Below the pieces are notes generated by a model, which worked only from the letters and a program-made list of their open reading frames with translations, ran no database searches and was not told where the DNA came from. A program made the translations under genes and the position numbers. 64,000 nt of DNA from an uncultured Phycisphaeraceae bacterium (GTDB lineage Bacteria; Planctomycetota; Phycisphaerae; Phycisphaerales; UBA1924): NCBI GenBank assembly GCA_964372195.1, contig CAYJPX010000004.1, positions 14,432-78,431 of the forward strand, in the 5' to 3' direction. Of this stretch, positions 32,029 to 40,179 are shown in pieces (the stretch's first letter is position 1; each line of letters starts with the position of its first letter).

Positions 32029-33311
32029 GAATGGCGGAGGAGCAAGCGCAGCGATCGCAGCATTCGCTGGGCCGCTGCGCCCCGGTGGCTCAGCCGGTTC
32101 TTCTCCTCCGGCGGCAGTTCCGCGCTGGTGCGCACAAACATGGGCGCGACAAGAAACAACGGGTCGTAGCCGAAGCCGTTGTCTCCCCGCGGCACCTCGC
32201 CCCGCAGGCCGATGCGGCCTTCGAAGGTGCCGCGGGAGGTGGCGAGGATGGGGGCTTGATTCTCCGGGGCGGGGCACTGTGGGCCCCCTCTTCTTCTACC
32301 GGGCCTCCTTTCCCCAACCCCTTCCAGACTGCCGGCCGCTTGGCTTGCCCGCTCAACTTCCTCTCCACCGGCCCACGGGTAGTCCAGCCAACGCCCGACA
32401 AGCCCGGCGCGCACCGGGTTCAGGCCTGTGTACTCCAGCTTTGCGTAGAACTCCTCTCGGTCCCGGATGATCTCGTCCCTGTACTCATCCTGCCATAGCC
32501 TCCCCGAGCGCCCTCGAAGTCGGTTGACCTCCCGGCTGGAGAACGACTTGATGCTCTGCATCAACCAGGGGAGGCTTGGCCAACGGCCGGCGCAGACCTC
32601 CACCGGAGTGAACAGCATGTGGACATGGTCCGGCATCACGACGACCAGGTGCAGTCGGATCCGCTCGGGATGCCAGTGCAGGCAGGCGTCCAGCGCGATC
32701 GTCCGCTCCGCCTCGGTGAGCGTTCCGTTCTCCAGACAGAAAGTGATGAAGTAGGTGTGGCCGCCTTTCTCCCAATGGGGGAGGAGGTCGGTGTGGCGGA
32801 TGGTGAGGTCGGGGCCGGTCAGGAAGCGTGGGGAGAGAGGAGGCTCAGTAGAAGAGGAGGGGGCCCAGAGTGCCCCGCCCCGGAGGGGGGGAGAGGCCAA
32901 GACCATCTGGCAGACGAAGCGCGCGGTCCGCTGCGCCGGCGGCACGCCCTCCAGCTCCCGCAGCAGCCTCGCGTTGTTGGCGGCATCGCGCTGGGGGCGG
33001 GTCAGGCCGGTTTCTTCGCCGTCGGTCGAGTAGTGGCTGCTGATGACGCCCGGCGCCCCGCCCAGCGCGTCGACCTCCAGCCCCGAGTCGTCGGCTAGGC
33101 AGGGCAGGCCTGTCTGCCGGGCGTAGGAGAGGGCCTTGATGGTCGCGTTGGCCTCGAAGGTCCTGCCGGTCTCCTCGGGCTCGGTGAAGTGCTCGTGGCC
33201 CGGCAGGTCTTTGAGGCCGAGGAACTCCACGCCCGGCAGGGCCAGCATGGCCCGCAGTTCCTCGACCTTGTGCGGGTTGCCGGTGGCGATGACGATCCGG
33301 TCGGGCGGCAT
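32025..33311 (-). CDS. rdgB: RdgB/HAM1-type dITP/XTP pyrophosphatase reading frame carrying an in-frame RAYT (Y1 transposase-like) insertion
   Basis: aa 1-140 are IVIATGNPHKVEEL, ETGRTFEANA, LADDSGLEVDALGGAPGV and ARFVC. aa 355-428 are FEGRI, GFGYDPLF and LSHRG. aa 141-354 are foreign (see the mobile_element entry). It is one uninterrupted 428-codon ORF. Confidence 0.75.
   Translation of the reverse strand: MPPDRIVIATGNPHKVEELRAMLALPGVEFLGLKDLPGHEHFTEPEETGRTFEANATIKALSYARQTGLPCLADDSGLEVDALGGAPGVISSHYSTDGEETGLTRPQRDAANNARLLRELEGVPPAQRTARFVCQMVLASPPLRGGALWAPSSSTEPPLSPRFLTGPDLTIRHTDLLPHWEKGGHTYFITFCLENGTLTEAERTIALDACLHWHPERIRLHLVVVMPDHVHMLFTPVEVCAGRWPSLPWLMQSIKSFSSREVNRLRGRSGRLWQDEYRDEIIRDREEFYAKLEYTGLNPVRAGLVGRWLDYPWAGGEEVERASQAAGSLEGVGERRPGRRRGGPQCPAPENQAPILATSRGTFEGRIGLRGEVPRGDNGFGYDPLFLVAPMFVRTSAELPPEEKNRLSHRGAAAQRMLRSLRLLLRHS
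32262..32315. repeat. Left inverted repeat of the RAYT cassette (REP-like)
   Basis: The core at 32266-32299, GGGGCGGGGCACTGTGGGCCCCCTCTTCTTCTAC, is the reverse complement of 32848-32881 with 2 mismatches in 34. Read on the other strand it starts GTAG. Confidence 0.9.
32830..32885. repeat. Right inverted repeat of the RAYT cassette (REP-like)
   Basis: GTAGAAGAGGAGGGGGCCCAGAGTGCCCCGCCCC (32848-32881), extended imperfectly on both sides. It contains the 16-mer CCCCGCCCCGGAGGGG (32873-32888). Confidence 0.9.
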
Positions 33312-33334
33312 GGGGCGAGTGTACGCTTCCGCCC

Positions 33335-34558
33335 ATGCACGACGACCGCTCCGCCATCGCCCACGCCGCCGCCGACTCGCTCGAACGGGCGGCGGCCGAG
33401 GGACGCCTCGCCGCCACCCCCGCCCTCGCCGGTTTCGACGGCTTCATCGACTCGATCATCCGCGTGGTGGACCGGCGGCGGAGCATGCGGATGGACGACT
33501 TCGACGCGATCTCGACAATCGCCGGGTTCGCCGGGCGCGTCGCGGCTGCCGCGGGCAAGAGCGCCAATATCGAGTTGGTGGTTGAGGAGGACCGGTTCGG
33601 CGGCAACGGGCCGTTGTACGCCGGGGCGCTGGGGCGTCTGGGGCTGCCGACGACCTACCTCGGCGCGGTCGGGCGCGACGACGCTTCGAGCGAGCTGCTG
33701 CCGATCTATGGGCCGTTCGCCGCGAGGTGCGAGGAGGTCGTGCCGCTGGCCGCCCCGGCCCACACCGATGCGCTCGAGTTCGACGATGGCAAGATCATGC
33801 TGGGCAAGACCGCGCCGGTGCAGGCGGTGACCTGGGGCCGGCTGATCGAGCGGGTGGGGCTCGACGGGCTGCGTGCCAGGTGCGAGCGCAGCCGGCTGAT
33901 CGGGATCGTGAATTGGACGCTGTGTGGGGGGGTGCAGGGGATCTGGGAGGGGCTGATCGACCAGGTGCTGCCGGCGATTGGGGAGCAAGGAGGCCGGGAG
34001 TCCGGGCCTGGAGTGCCCCGCCCCGAGGGGACGGAGAGGGGCAGGCGGGTGTTCATCGACCTGTCCGACCCGGCCAAGCGGACGGACGGGGACCTGCTGT
34101 CGGCCCTCGGCGCGCTGCGGCGGATGGACGGGCTGGCGCCGGTCACGCTGGGGCTGAATCTCGCCGAGAGCGAGCGGGTGGCGCGGGTGCTGGGTGTGGA
34201 TGCGTACGCCGACGCGTCGTCGCTGGGCGAGGGCGTGCGGATCGCGGCCGAGCGGATCCGCGAGCGGTCGGGGCTGGCGTGCATCGTCATCCACCCGCGC
34301 GAGGGGGCGGGGGCCGCCGACCGGGACGGGGGCAGCGCCTGGTTCGAAGGCCCCTTCACCGCACGCCCCCGGCTGTCGACCGGCGCGGGCGACCACTTCG
34401 GGGCGGGCTTCAGCTTCGCCCAGGTGCTGGGGCTGCCCATCGAGCAGAGCCTGGCGGTCGGGTGCGCCGTCAGCGGGGCGTATGTGCGGGACGCGGAGTC
34501 ACCGGACTTACCCAGATTGGCGGGGTTCCTTCGAGACCTGCCGCGGGCAGAGGGGTAG
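33335..34558 (+). CDS. Ribokinase-superfamily (PfkB / ADP-dependent kinase-like) sugar kinase
   Basis: The C-terminal STGAGDHFGAGF (GAGD anion-hole motif), the overall length and the glycine-rich N-terminal motif FGGNG. It carries an in-frame REP-like insertion at about 33981-34043. Confidence 0.7.
   Translation: MHDDRSAIAHAAADSLERAAAEGRLAATPALAGFDGFIDSIIRVVDRRRSMRMDDFDAISTIAGFAGRVAAAAGKSANIELVVEEDRFGGNGPLYAGALGRLGLPTTYLGAVGRDDASSELLPIYGPFAARCEEVVPLAAPAHTDALEFDDGKIMLGKTAPVQAVTWGRLIERVGLDGLRARCERSRLIGIVNWTLCGGVQGIWEGLIDQVLPAIGEQGGRESGPGVPRPEGTERGRRVFIDLSDPAKRTDGDLLSALGALRRMDGLAPVTLGLNLAESERVARVLGVDAYADASSLGEGVRIAAERIRERSGLACIVIHPREGAGAADRDGGSAWFEGPFTARPRLSTGAGDHFGAGFSFAQVLGLPIEQSLAVGCAVSGAYVRDAESPDLPRLAGFLRDLPRAEG
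33981..34043. repeat. Solo REP-like element inside the kinase coding sequence
   Basis: GGGGAGCAAGGAGGCC...GGGCCTGGAGTGCCCCGCCCCGAGGGGACGGAGAGG aligns with the right RAYT repeat (TGGGGAGAGAGGAGGCT...GGGCCCAGAGTGCCCCGCCCCGGAGGGGGGAGAGG). It encodes GEQGGRESGPGVPRPEGTERG. Confidence 0.7.
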
Positions 34559-34614
34559 GGCCACACCGGCTGGAAGCCGGTGCCACTGCGGGGGGGACCC
34601 CCCTACACTCCGCC

Positions 34615-36159
34615 ATGACCATGGACCTGCTTCGCCAGTTGGGGCTCGACAGCCACGAACGGGTGGTACTCGAGCCGGTGGGGGACGAGACGCCTGCCCG
34701 GGGCATCGTCCTGAGCGAGAACCCGGCCACGGGCCGGCCGATCGCCGGCGTGAGGCTCGACACCGCCGACTCGTATGAGAGGACCATGGCCGAGGCGATC
34801 GCCGGCTTCGACCGCTGGCGTCGCGTGCCGGCCCCGGTCCGCGGGCAGGTCGTCCGGGCGATCGGCGATGAGCTGCGGAAGAACCTCGAGCCCCTGGGCG
34901 AGTTGGTGGCCCTGGAGGTCGGCAAGATCCGGGCCGAGGGGATCGGCGAGGTGCAGGAGACCGTGGACATCGCCGACTTTGCGGTCGGCCTCAGCCGCCA
35001 GCTCTACGGCATGACCATGCCCAGCGAGCGGCCCGAGCACCGGATGTACGAGCAGTGGCTGCCGCTGGGGCCCATCGGCATCATCACCGCGTTCAACTTC
35101 CCCAACGCGGTGTGGGGCTGGAACGCGATGCTCGGCGCGGTCTGCGGCGATGTGATGATCTGGAAGCCCAGCCTGCTCGCCCCGCTCACCGCCATCGCGA
35201 CCAACGCCATCGCCGAGCGCGTGGCGGCCTCGATGGGGCACTCCGACATCTTCAAGCTGGTGATCGGGACCGACGAGGAGGTCGGCGAGCGGCTGATCCA
35301 CGACGGGCGCGTGCCGCTGATCAGCGCGACCGGCTCCTGCCGTATGGGCCGGGCGGTCGGCACGGTGGTCGCCAAGCGGCTGGGCCGCTGCCTGCTCGAG
35401 CTTGGCGGCAACAACGCGATCATCGTCGAGCCCGACGCCGACCTCGACCTGGCGTTCGAGGGGACCTTCTTCGGCGCGGTGGGCACGGCGGGCCAGCGTT
35501 GCACGACCACCCGCCGGCTCATCGTCCACGAGTCGGTCGCCGACGCGCTCACCGGGCGGCTCGTGGCGGCGTACAAGAAGGTCGCGATCGGCGACCCGCT
35601 CGACCGGGCGACCCTGGTCGGGCCACTGATCAACGAGCGTGCGGTGGACCAGTTCCTGCGGGCGGTCGCCACGGCCAAGGAGCAGGGGGGCGAGGTGCTC
35701 GTGGGTGGGGAGCGTGCGACCGGTGACGGGTTGGGCGGGCACTTCGTCCGGCCGACGATCGTCCGGGCGCCCAGGCACGGGCCGTTCCCCATCGCCCACG
35801 AGGAGACCTTCGCGCCGATCCTGTATGTTTTCACCTATAAGACGCTCGCCGAGGCGATCGCGATGCAGAACAATGTCGACCAGGGGCTCAGCTCGGCGAT
35901 CTTCACCTCGAGCCAGCGCGGGGCCGAGCAGTTCCTCAGCCCCGCCGGCACGGGCAGCGACTGCGGGCTGGCGTATGTGAACCTCGGCACCAGCGGCGCC
36001 GAGATCGGGGGGGCGTTCGGGGGCGAGAAAGACACCGGCGGCGGGCGCGAGTCGGGGAGCGACTCGTGGAAGCAGTACATGCGCCGCCAGACCATCACGA
36101 TCAACTTCGGCGCGTCCATGCGCCTGGCCCAGGGCATCGAATTCGGAGCTTCCTCATGA
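34615..36159 (+). CDS. Aldehyde dehydrogenase, ALDH7/antiquitin-like (aminoadipate-semialdehyde dehydrogenase type)
   Basis: ITAFNFPNAVWGWN, catalytic ELGGNNA and GTAGQRCTTTRR, EETFAPILYV, and the C-terminal GGEKDTGGGRESGSDSWKQYM typical of ALDH7. Confidence 0.88.
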   Translation: MTMDLLRQLGLDSHERVVLEPVGDETPARGIVLSENPATGRPIAGVRLDTADSYERTMAEAIAGFDRWRRVPAPVRGQVVRAIGDELRKNLEPLGELVALEVGKIRAEGIGEVQETVDIADFAVGLSRQLYGMTMPSERPEHRMYEQWLPLGPIGIITAFNFPNAVWGWNAMLGAVCGDVMIWKPSLLAPLTAIATNAIAERVAASMGHSDIFKLVIGTDEEVGERLIHDGRVPLISATGSCRMGRAVGTVVAKRLGRCLLELGGNNAIIVEPDADLDLAFEGTFFGAVGTAGQRCTTTRRLIVHESVADALTGRLVAAYKKVAIGDPLDRATLVGPLINERAVDQFLRAVATAKEQGGEVLVGGERATGDGLGGHFVRPTIVRAPRHGPFPIAHEETFAPILYVFTYKTLAEAIAMQNNVDQGLSSAIFTSSQRGAEQFLSPAGTGSDCGLAYVNLGTSGAEIGGAFGGEKDTGGGRESGSDSWKQYMRRQTITINFGASMRLAQGIEFGASS

Positions 36160-36845
36160 CCGAGCAACGCGTCGCCGATCCATTGGCCGAGGCCGCGGTC
36201 GCCGAGATCGTCAGCGGGATGGTCGTCGGTCTCGGCACGGGCCGCACCGCCTCGCGCGGCGTGGTCGCCCTGGCCGAGCGCATCCGCACCGAGAACCTGC
36301 AGGTCCGCTGCGTCTCCACGAGCCACGCGACCGAGACGCTCGCCCGGTTCCACGGCCTGGCGGTCATGGACTTCGCCTTGGTCGAGAAGGTCGACTACCT
36401 CTTCGACGGCGCGGACGAGGTTGACGCGGGGATGAACATGCTCAAGGGCTCGGGCGGCGCGATGACCCGCGAACGGATCGTCGCCTGGGCAAGCGAGAAG
36501 TGCCTGTACATGGTGGATGAGTCCAAGCTCGTCAGCCGGCTCGGCGAGCGGACCACCCTCCCCATCGCGGTGCTGGCCTTCGGGCTCGCCGCCGTGCGGG
36601 CCGAGCTGCGCAACCTCGGGCTCAACGGCGTCTGCCGTCGGACGATCAAGGGGGAGCTCTTCCTGACCGACAACGGCAACCTGGTCATCGATGTGGCGAT
36701 GGGGGAGCAGGACCTCTCCGAGATCGCCGCGGCGATGAACGACATCCCCGGCGTGATCGACCACGGGCTGTTCTTGACCGAGGCCGACGAGATCCTCATC
36801 GAACGCGACAGCGGGACGATCGAGCGGCGCGTGCGGGAGCGGTAG
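36156..36845 (+). CDS. rpiA: Ribose-5-phosphate isomerase A
   Basis: VVGLGTGRTA, FDGADEVD, KGSGGAMTRERI. The ATG overlaps the ALDH stop (ATGA). Confidence 0.9.
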   Translation: MTEQRVADPLAEAAVAEIVSGMVVGLGTGRTASRGVVALAERIRTENLQVRCVSTSHATETLARFHGLAVMDFALVEKVDYLFDGADEVDAGMNMLKGSGGAMTRERIVAWASEKCLYMVDESKLVSRLGERTTLPIAVLAFGLAAVRAELRNLGLNGVCRRTIKGELFLTDNGNLVIDVAMGEQDLSEIAAAMNDIPGVIDHGLFLTEADEILIERDSGTIERRVRER

Positions 36846-36995
36846 GTGGCGAACCGGGCGCACCTGCACTGGAGGCGGCTGAAGCTCGTCGCGGGGCTCG
36901 TTGGCGTCGGGTTTCTGCTCTGGAGTATCTACGACACCGCCAGGTCGGGGCGGCGGCTGGACTTCCCCTGGGGTTCGCGCATTCCGGCCCCGTAG
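36846..36995 (+). CDS. Possible small membrane protein (49 aa)
   Basis: A GTG immediately after the rpiA stop. VANRAHLHWRRLKLVAGLVGVGFLLWSIYDTARSGRRLDFPWGSRIPAP has one TM helix and high GC3 (about 43 of 49 codons). It is too short for the ORF track. Confidence 0.3.
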   Translation: MANRAHLHWRRLKLVAGLVGVGFLLWSIYDTARSGRRLDFPWGSRIPAP

Positions 36996-37024
36996 CGGCG
37001 GTACCGGAGCGGGGCAGCGTCGGT

Positions 37025-38011
37025 TCATTCCGGCTTTGTCGCGGCGGCGCGGCGGAGCCGGTCGTCGATCGCCACCCAGAGCCCCTCCGGCCGCTCGCCC
37101 TTCCACGGGATGACGACGAGGATTGCCTCGGGCCTGTCGGCGTCGGCCTGGCGCAGCGCCGCGTACAGCCGGGCGGCGTAGGCGACCGGTTCCTCGGGCA
37201 TCGGGACAAGGCTGTGAGGCGGCCTCACCTCGAGAGAGCTGGGTCCGAGGATGATCGCGGTTCCCTTGACCGTCGCGAGCCGCTCTGCGATGTCACCCCG
37301 CTCGACGAGCATCAACGGGCTGGCCGGGGCGTAATGAGACTTCATCAGACCGGGCGAGCGGGCGGGGGAGGATGGCTCGGCGCGGCGCGGCCCGGTCTCG
37401 ACGGGTCGCCCGAGCACCTCGGCGACCTGCTCGGCCGAGATCAGGCCCGGGCGGAGCACGCGCGGCGGGTCGGTGGTCAGGTCGACCACGGTCGATTCGA
37501 TCCCGCCCACGCAGGGCCCGCCGTCGAGCACGAAGACCTCGTCCTCGGTGAAGCTCTCCCGCACATGCTCGGCGCAGGTCGGCGAGACGGACCCCGACCG
37601 GTTGGCGCTCGGGCCCACCAGCGGCGTGCCGAGGGTCTCGAGCAGCGCCAGGGTCAGCGGGTGGCTGGGGCAGCGCACCGCGACCGTCGGCCCGCTGGCG
37701 GTGACCGCGTCGGGCACGAACGCGGCCTTGGGCAGCACCATAGTCAGCGGGCCCGGCCAGAATCGGGCGGCGAGCATCGAGGCGCTCGGCGGCCAGTGGT
37801 CGCACACACGCCGTGCCATCGCCTCGTCCACCACATGCACGATCAGCGGGTTGCCCGCGGGGCGGCCCTTGGCGGCGAAGACCGCCGCGACCGCCTCGGC
37901 GTTGAGCGCCTCGGCGCCGAGCCCGTAGACAGTTTCGGTCGGGAACGCCACCAGCCGCCCGCAGCGGAGCAGGGCGATCGCGATGGCGATGTCCTCGGGA
38001 CTGGCGTGCAT
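37025..38011 (-). CDS. tsaC: L-threonylcarbamoyladenylate synthase (Sua5/YwlC long form)
   Basis: VAFPTETVYGLGA, KGRPAGNPLIVH, GPSANRSG, plus a C-terminal Sua5 domain. The ATG at 38011 is 4 nt after the upstream gene's stop. Confidence 0.85.
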   Translation of the reverse strand: MHASPEDIAIAIALLRCGRLVAFPTETVYGLGAEALNAEAVAAVFAAKGRPAGNPLIVHVVDEAMARRVCDHWPPSASMLAARFWPGPLTMVLPKAAFVPDAVTASGPTVAVRCPSHPLTLALLETLGTPLVGPSANRSGSVSPTCAEHVRESFTEDEVFVLDGGPCVGGIESTVVDLTTDPPRVLRPGLISAEQVAEVLGRPVETGPRRAEPSSPARSPGLMKSHYAPASPLMLVERGDIAERLATVKGTAIILGPSSLEVRPPHSLVPMPEEPVAYAARLYAALRQADADRPEAILVVIPWKGERPEGLWVAIDDRLRRAAATKPE

Positions 38012-38015
38012 GGGT

Positions 38016-40007
38016 TCACCCGGCGTCGGGCGGCGCATCGTCGGGCGCGGGCTCGCCCGGGGCCTCGCCGGCTGGCGTCTGGCCCGCCGGCTCGTCGGGC
38101 TGCTCGCCCTCGGTGACGGTGTCGTCGGGTGCGGCGGGCTCCTGGCTCGCTTCGGCCGGCTGGGCCGACTCCCCGCCCTTGCCCCACGAGGCGTACCAGG
38201 CCGCCGAGTGCCGGCGTTGCAGGGCCTCGCCGGCGGTCGGCACGATGAGCCGGATCTGGTTTCGTTCGAGGGCGGTGCCCATGGAGGCGTAGAGCTGGGC
38301 GACCGACGAGTTGTAGTCGCTGATCGCCTGCATCTCGGTCCGCTCGGCGTTGGCGAGGGCCTCCTGGCGGTTGAACTCGAGCTCGAGGCGCTCCGACGAG
38401 CGGTCGCGGGTCTTCTCGTTCTCGACCTCCAGCGTGCGGAGCGATTCGGCCGCGGCGATCCGCGACATGCGGGCCTGCTCGATGATCTCGTAATTCCGGC
38501 TCACGGCCCGCAGCGACGCCTTCACATCGCGCACGATCTGCTGCACCGTGTTGCGGTAGGAGAGGATCGCCTGCTCGCGCTCCAGCCGGCGACGCAGGTA
38601 CCCCGACTCGGCGGCCCGGTTGCCGATGGGCTGCTCGAACGCCAGCGCCACGATGTAGTCGATGAAGCGGCCGTCGATCTCGTTGCTCAGCGCGCCCAGC
38701 GCATCGTCCATGCCCTGGAACCGGGTCTGGACCTGCAGGTTCAGCTGCGGCAGCCGCTGGTTGGCCGCGACGGTCTCGCGGATCGAGGTGTTGTCGATCG
38801 ACACGATCGCCTGGTCGACCTCGGGCCGGTGCGTGACGGCGGTGGTCAGCGAGTCGACCAGGCTGAAGGCCATCGCCTCGTCGGCGCCCTGGTCGAGCGG
38901 CAGGAGCAGGGCCTCGGACCCGACGGGGAAGTCCGGGTCGTTCATCAGCAGCTTGAGCCGGTCGCCGGCGTCGCGGACCGCGTCGCGGGCGCGGGTCACA
39001 TCCGTCTTCCGCCGCTGCACGCGGGCGACCGCGTCGGCCAGCTGCGAGGGCGGGACATCGAGCCCCGCGTCGAGGCGGGTCTGGAGCTGGTCGCGGGTCT
39101 TGAACCCGCGCTCGAGCAGCGTCTGGAGGATCGCCAGGTCGTGCTGGGCGCGGACGAGCTCCCAGTAGGTCGCCTCGGTCTGGTTGACCGTCTGCAGCAG
39201 CTGCACCCGGAGCCGTGCGATCGAATCACGCTCGGCGTTCCGGTTGATGCGCACCTGCGCCAGCGACACATCGGAGCCGAAGTTGCGAAGCAGCGGCTGG
39301 TCAAACTGGAGACTCAGCGCGGCCTGCGTCGCCGGGTCGGGCGTGAAGGTCGAGCCCCGCGTCTCGAAGTCGGTATAGATCAGCTCCTGCTGGATGGCGA
39401 ACTGTCCGCCCGTCTCGAGCTGACGCCGCAGGCCCGTGGTGCCCTGCACGACCTGGCGCTGGTTGAACCCCGAGGTCAGGCCGAGGGAGCTGGAGGGGCT
39501 GACCTGGTCCTGATCGGTCCAGTTGAGGTTGCTAAAGAGGGTCCAGTCGAAAGCGGCCTCGGCGGCGGTGACATCGGACTCGCTGATCGCCGGGGCGAGC
39601 CGCGCGAACTGCACCTCGAGGTTGTTGGCGACCGCCGATCGGATCGCCCGCTCGAGGGAGACCCCGACCGGGCGGGCGTCGATCCCCATGAGGTCGCGCC
39701 CGTAGTCCACCTCGTCGAACCGCCGTGACTTGGGCCCGGCCATCTGCTCGAGCTCGGGGTAGAACTTCTCATCGATGGGCAACTGCTCGACGGCCCGCTC
39801 GGTCTGTCTCTGGTCGGGCCTGAGCTCGGCGTCGTCGAGCTCGGTGCGGATGGCCTCGACCACCGACCGCCTCAGGGCCCGCTCGCGGTCCCCGGCCAGC
39901 GGCGAGGTCGAGCACCCCGCGATCCCCACCGCCAGCCCGGCGAGGGTGAGAAGGAGCAGGCTGCCGGGTACGCGTCGATCGGCGGTCATGGGCGGGTTCC
40001 TCGTCAT
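38016..40007 (-). CDS. TolC-family outer membrane efflux protein (lipoprotein), with an acidic Pro-rich C-terminal tail
   Basis: Lipobox IAGC and two OEP-type repeats (LERAIRSAVANNLEV..., TEATYWELVRAQHDLAI..., ESLRTLEVENE). No adjacent membrane-fusion or pump gene. Confidence 0.75.
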   Translation of the reverse strand: MTRNPPMTADRRVPGSLLLLTLAGLAVGIAGCSTSPLAGDRERALRRSVVEAIRTELDDAELRPDQRQTERAVEQLPIDEKFYPELEQMAGPKSRRFDEVDYGRDLMGIDARPVGVSLERAIRSAVANNLEVQFARLAPAISESDVTAAEAAFDWTLFSNLNWTDQDQVSPSSSLGLTSGFNQRQVVQGTTGLRRQLETGGQFAIQQELIYTDFETRGSTFTPDPATQAALSLQFDQPLLRNFGSDVSLAQVRINRNAERDSIARLRVQLLQTVNQTEATYWELVRAQHDLAILQTLLERGFKTRDQLQTRLDAGLDVPPSQLADAVARVQRRKTDVTRARDAVRDAGDRLKLLMNDPDFPVGSEALLLPLDQGADEAMAFSLVDSLTTAVTHRPEVDQAIVSIDNTSIRETVAANQRLPQLNLQVQTRFQGMDDALGALSNEIDGRFIDYIVALAFEQPIGNRAAESGYLRRRLEREQAILSYRNTVQQIVRDVKASLRAVSRNYEIIEQARMSRIAAAESLRTLEVENEKTRDRSSERLELEFNRQEALANAERTEMQAISDYNSSVAQLYASMGTALERNQIRLIVPTAGEALQRRHSAAWYASWGKGGESAQPAEASQEPAAPDDTVTEGEQPDEPAGQTPAGEAPGEPAPDDAPPDAG

Positions 40008-40179
40008 CGGGCCTGGCGTCCGCGTGCGCGGGCGGCTCTCGGGGGGCGTGACCGGCCAGCCCCTCCCCGGGTCCCCCGGGCGACGCCCACGCGTCGGGCG
40101 GTAAGGATACACTCCTCCACGACCCGGCGGGACGCACGGAGGCGCCGGCAGCAGAGCGTAGGGGTTCTGCGGGGTGACC

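Larger units (their letters stand above)
32262..32885 (-). mobile_element. REP-RAYT-REP cassette (REP-associated tyrosine transposase flanked by inverted GTAG repeats) nested in rdgB
   Basis: The RAYT-like domain lies at about 32364-32831: LLPHWEKGGHTYFITF, the HUH motif PDHVHMLF, the Tyr motif LWQDEYRDEIIRD, and NPVRAGLV. It is bounded by inverted repeats at 32262-32315 and 32830-32885. Confidence 0.7.

Noticed and set aside
32025-33311. Interpreting the foreign segment in rdgB as an intein or a group I/II intron.
   Set aside because: There are no intein splicing blocks (an N-terminal Cys/Ser with a C-terminal His-Asn plus Cys/Ser/Thr) at the junctions, and no intron RNA domains. The segment has HUH/Tyr transposase motifs and terminal inverted repeats instead.
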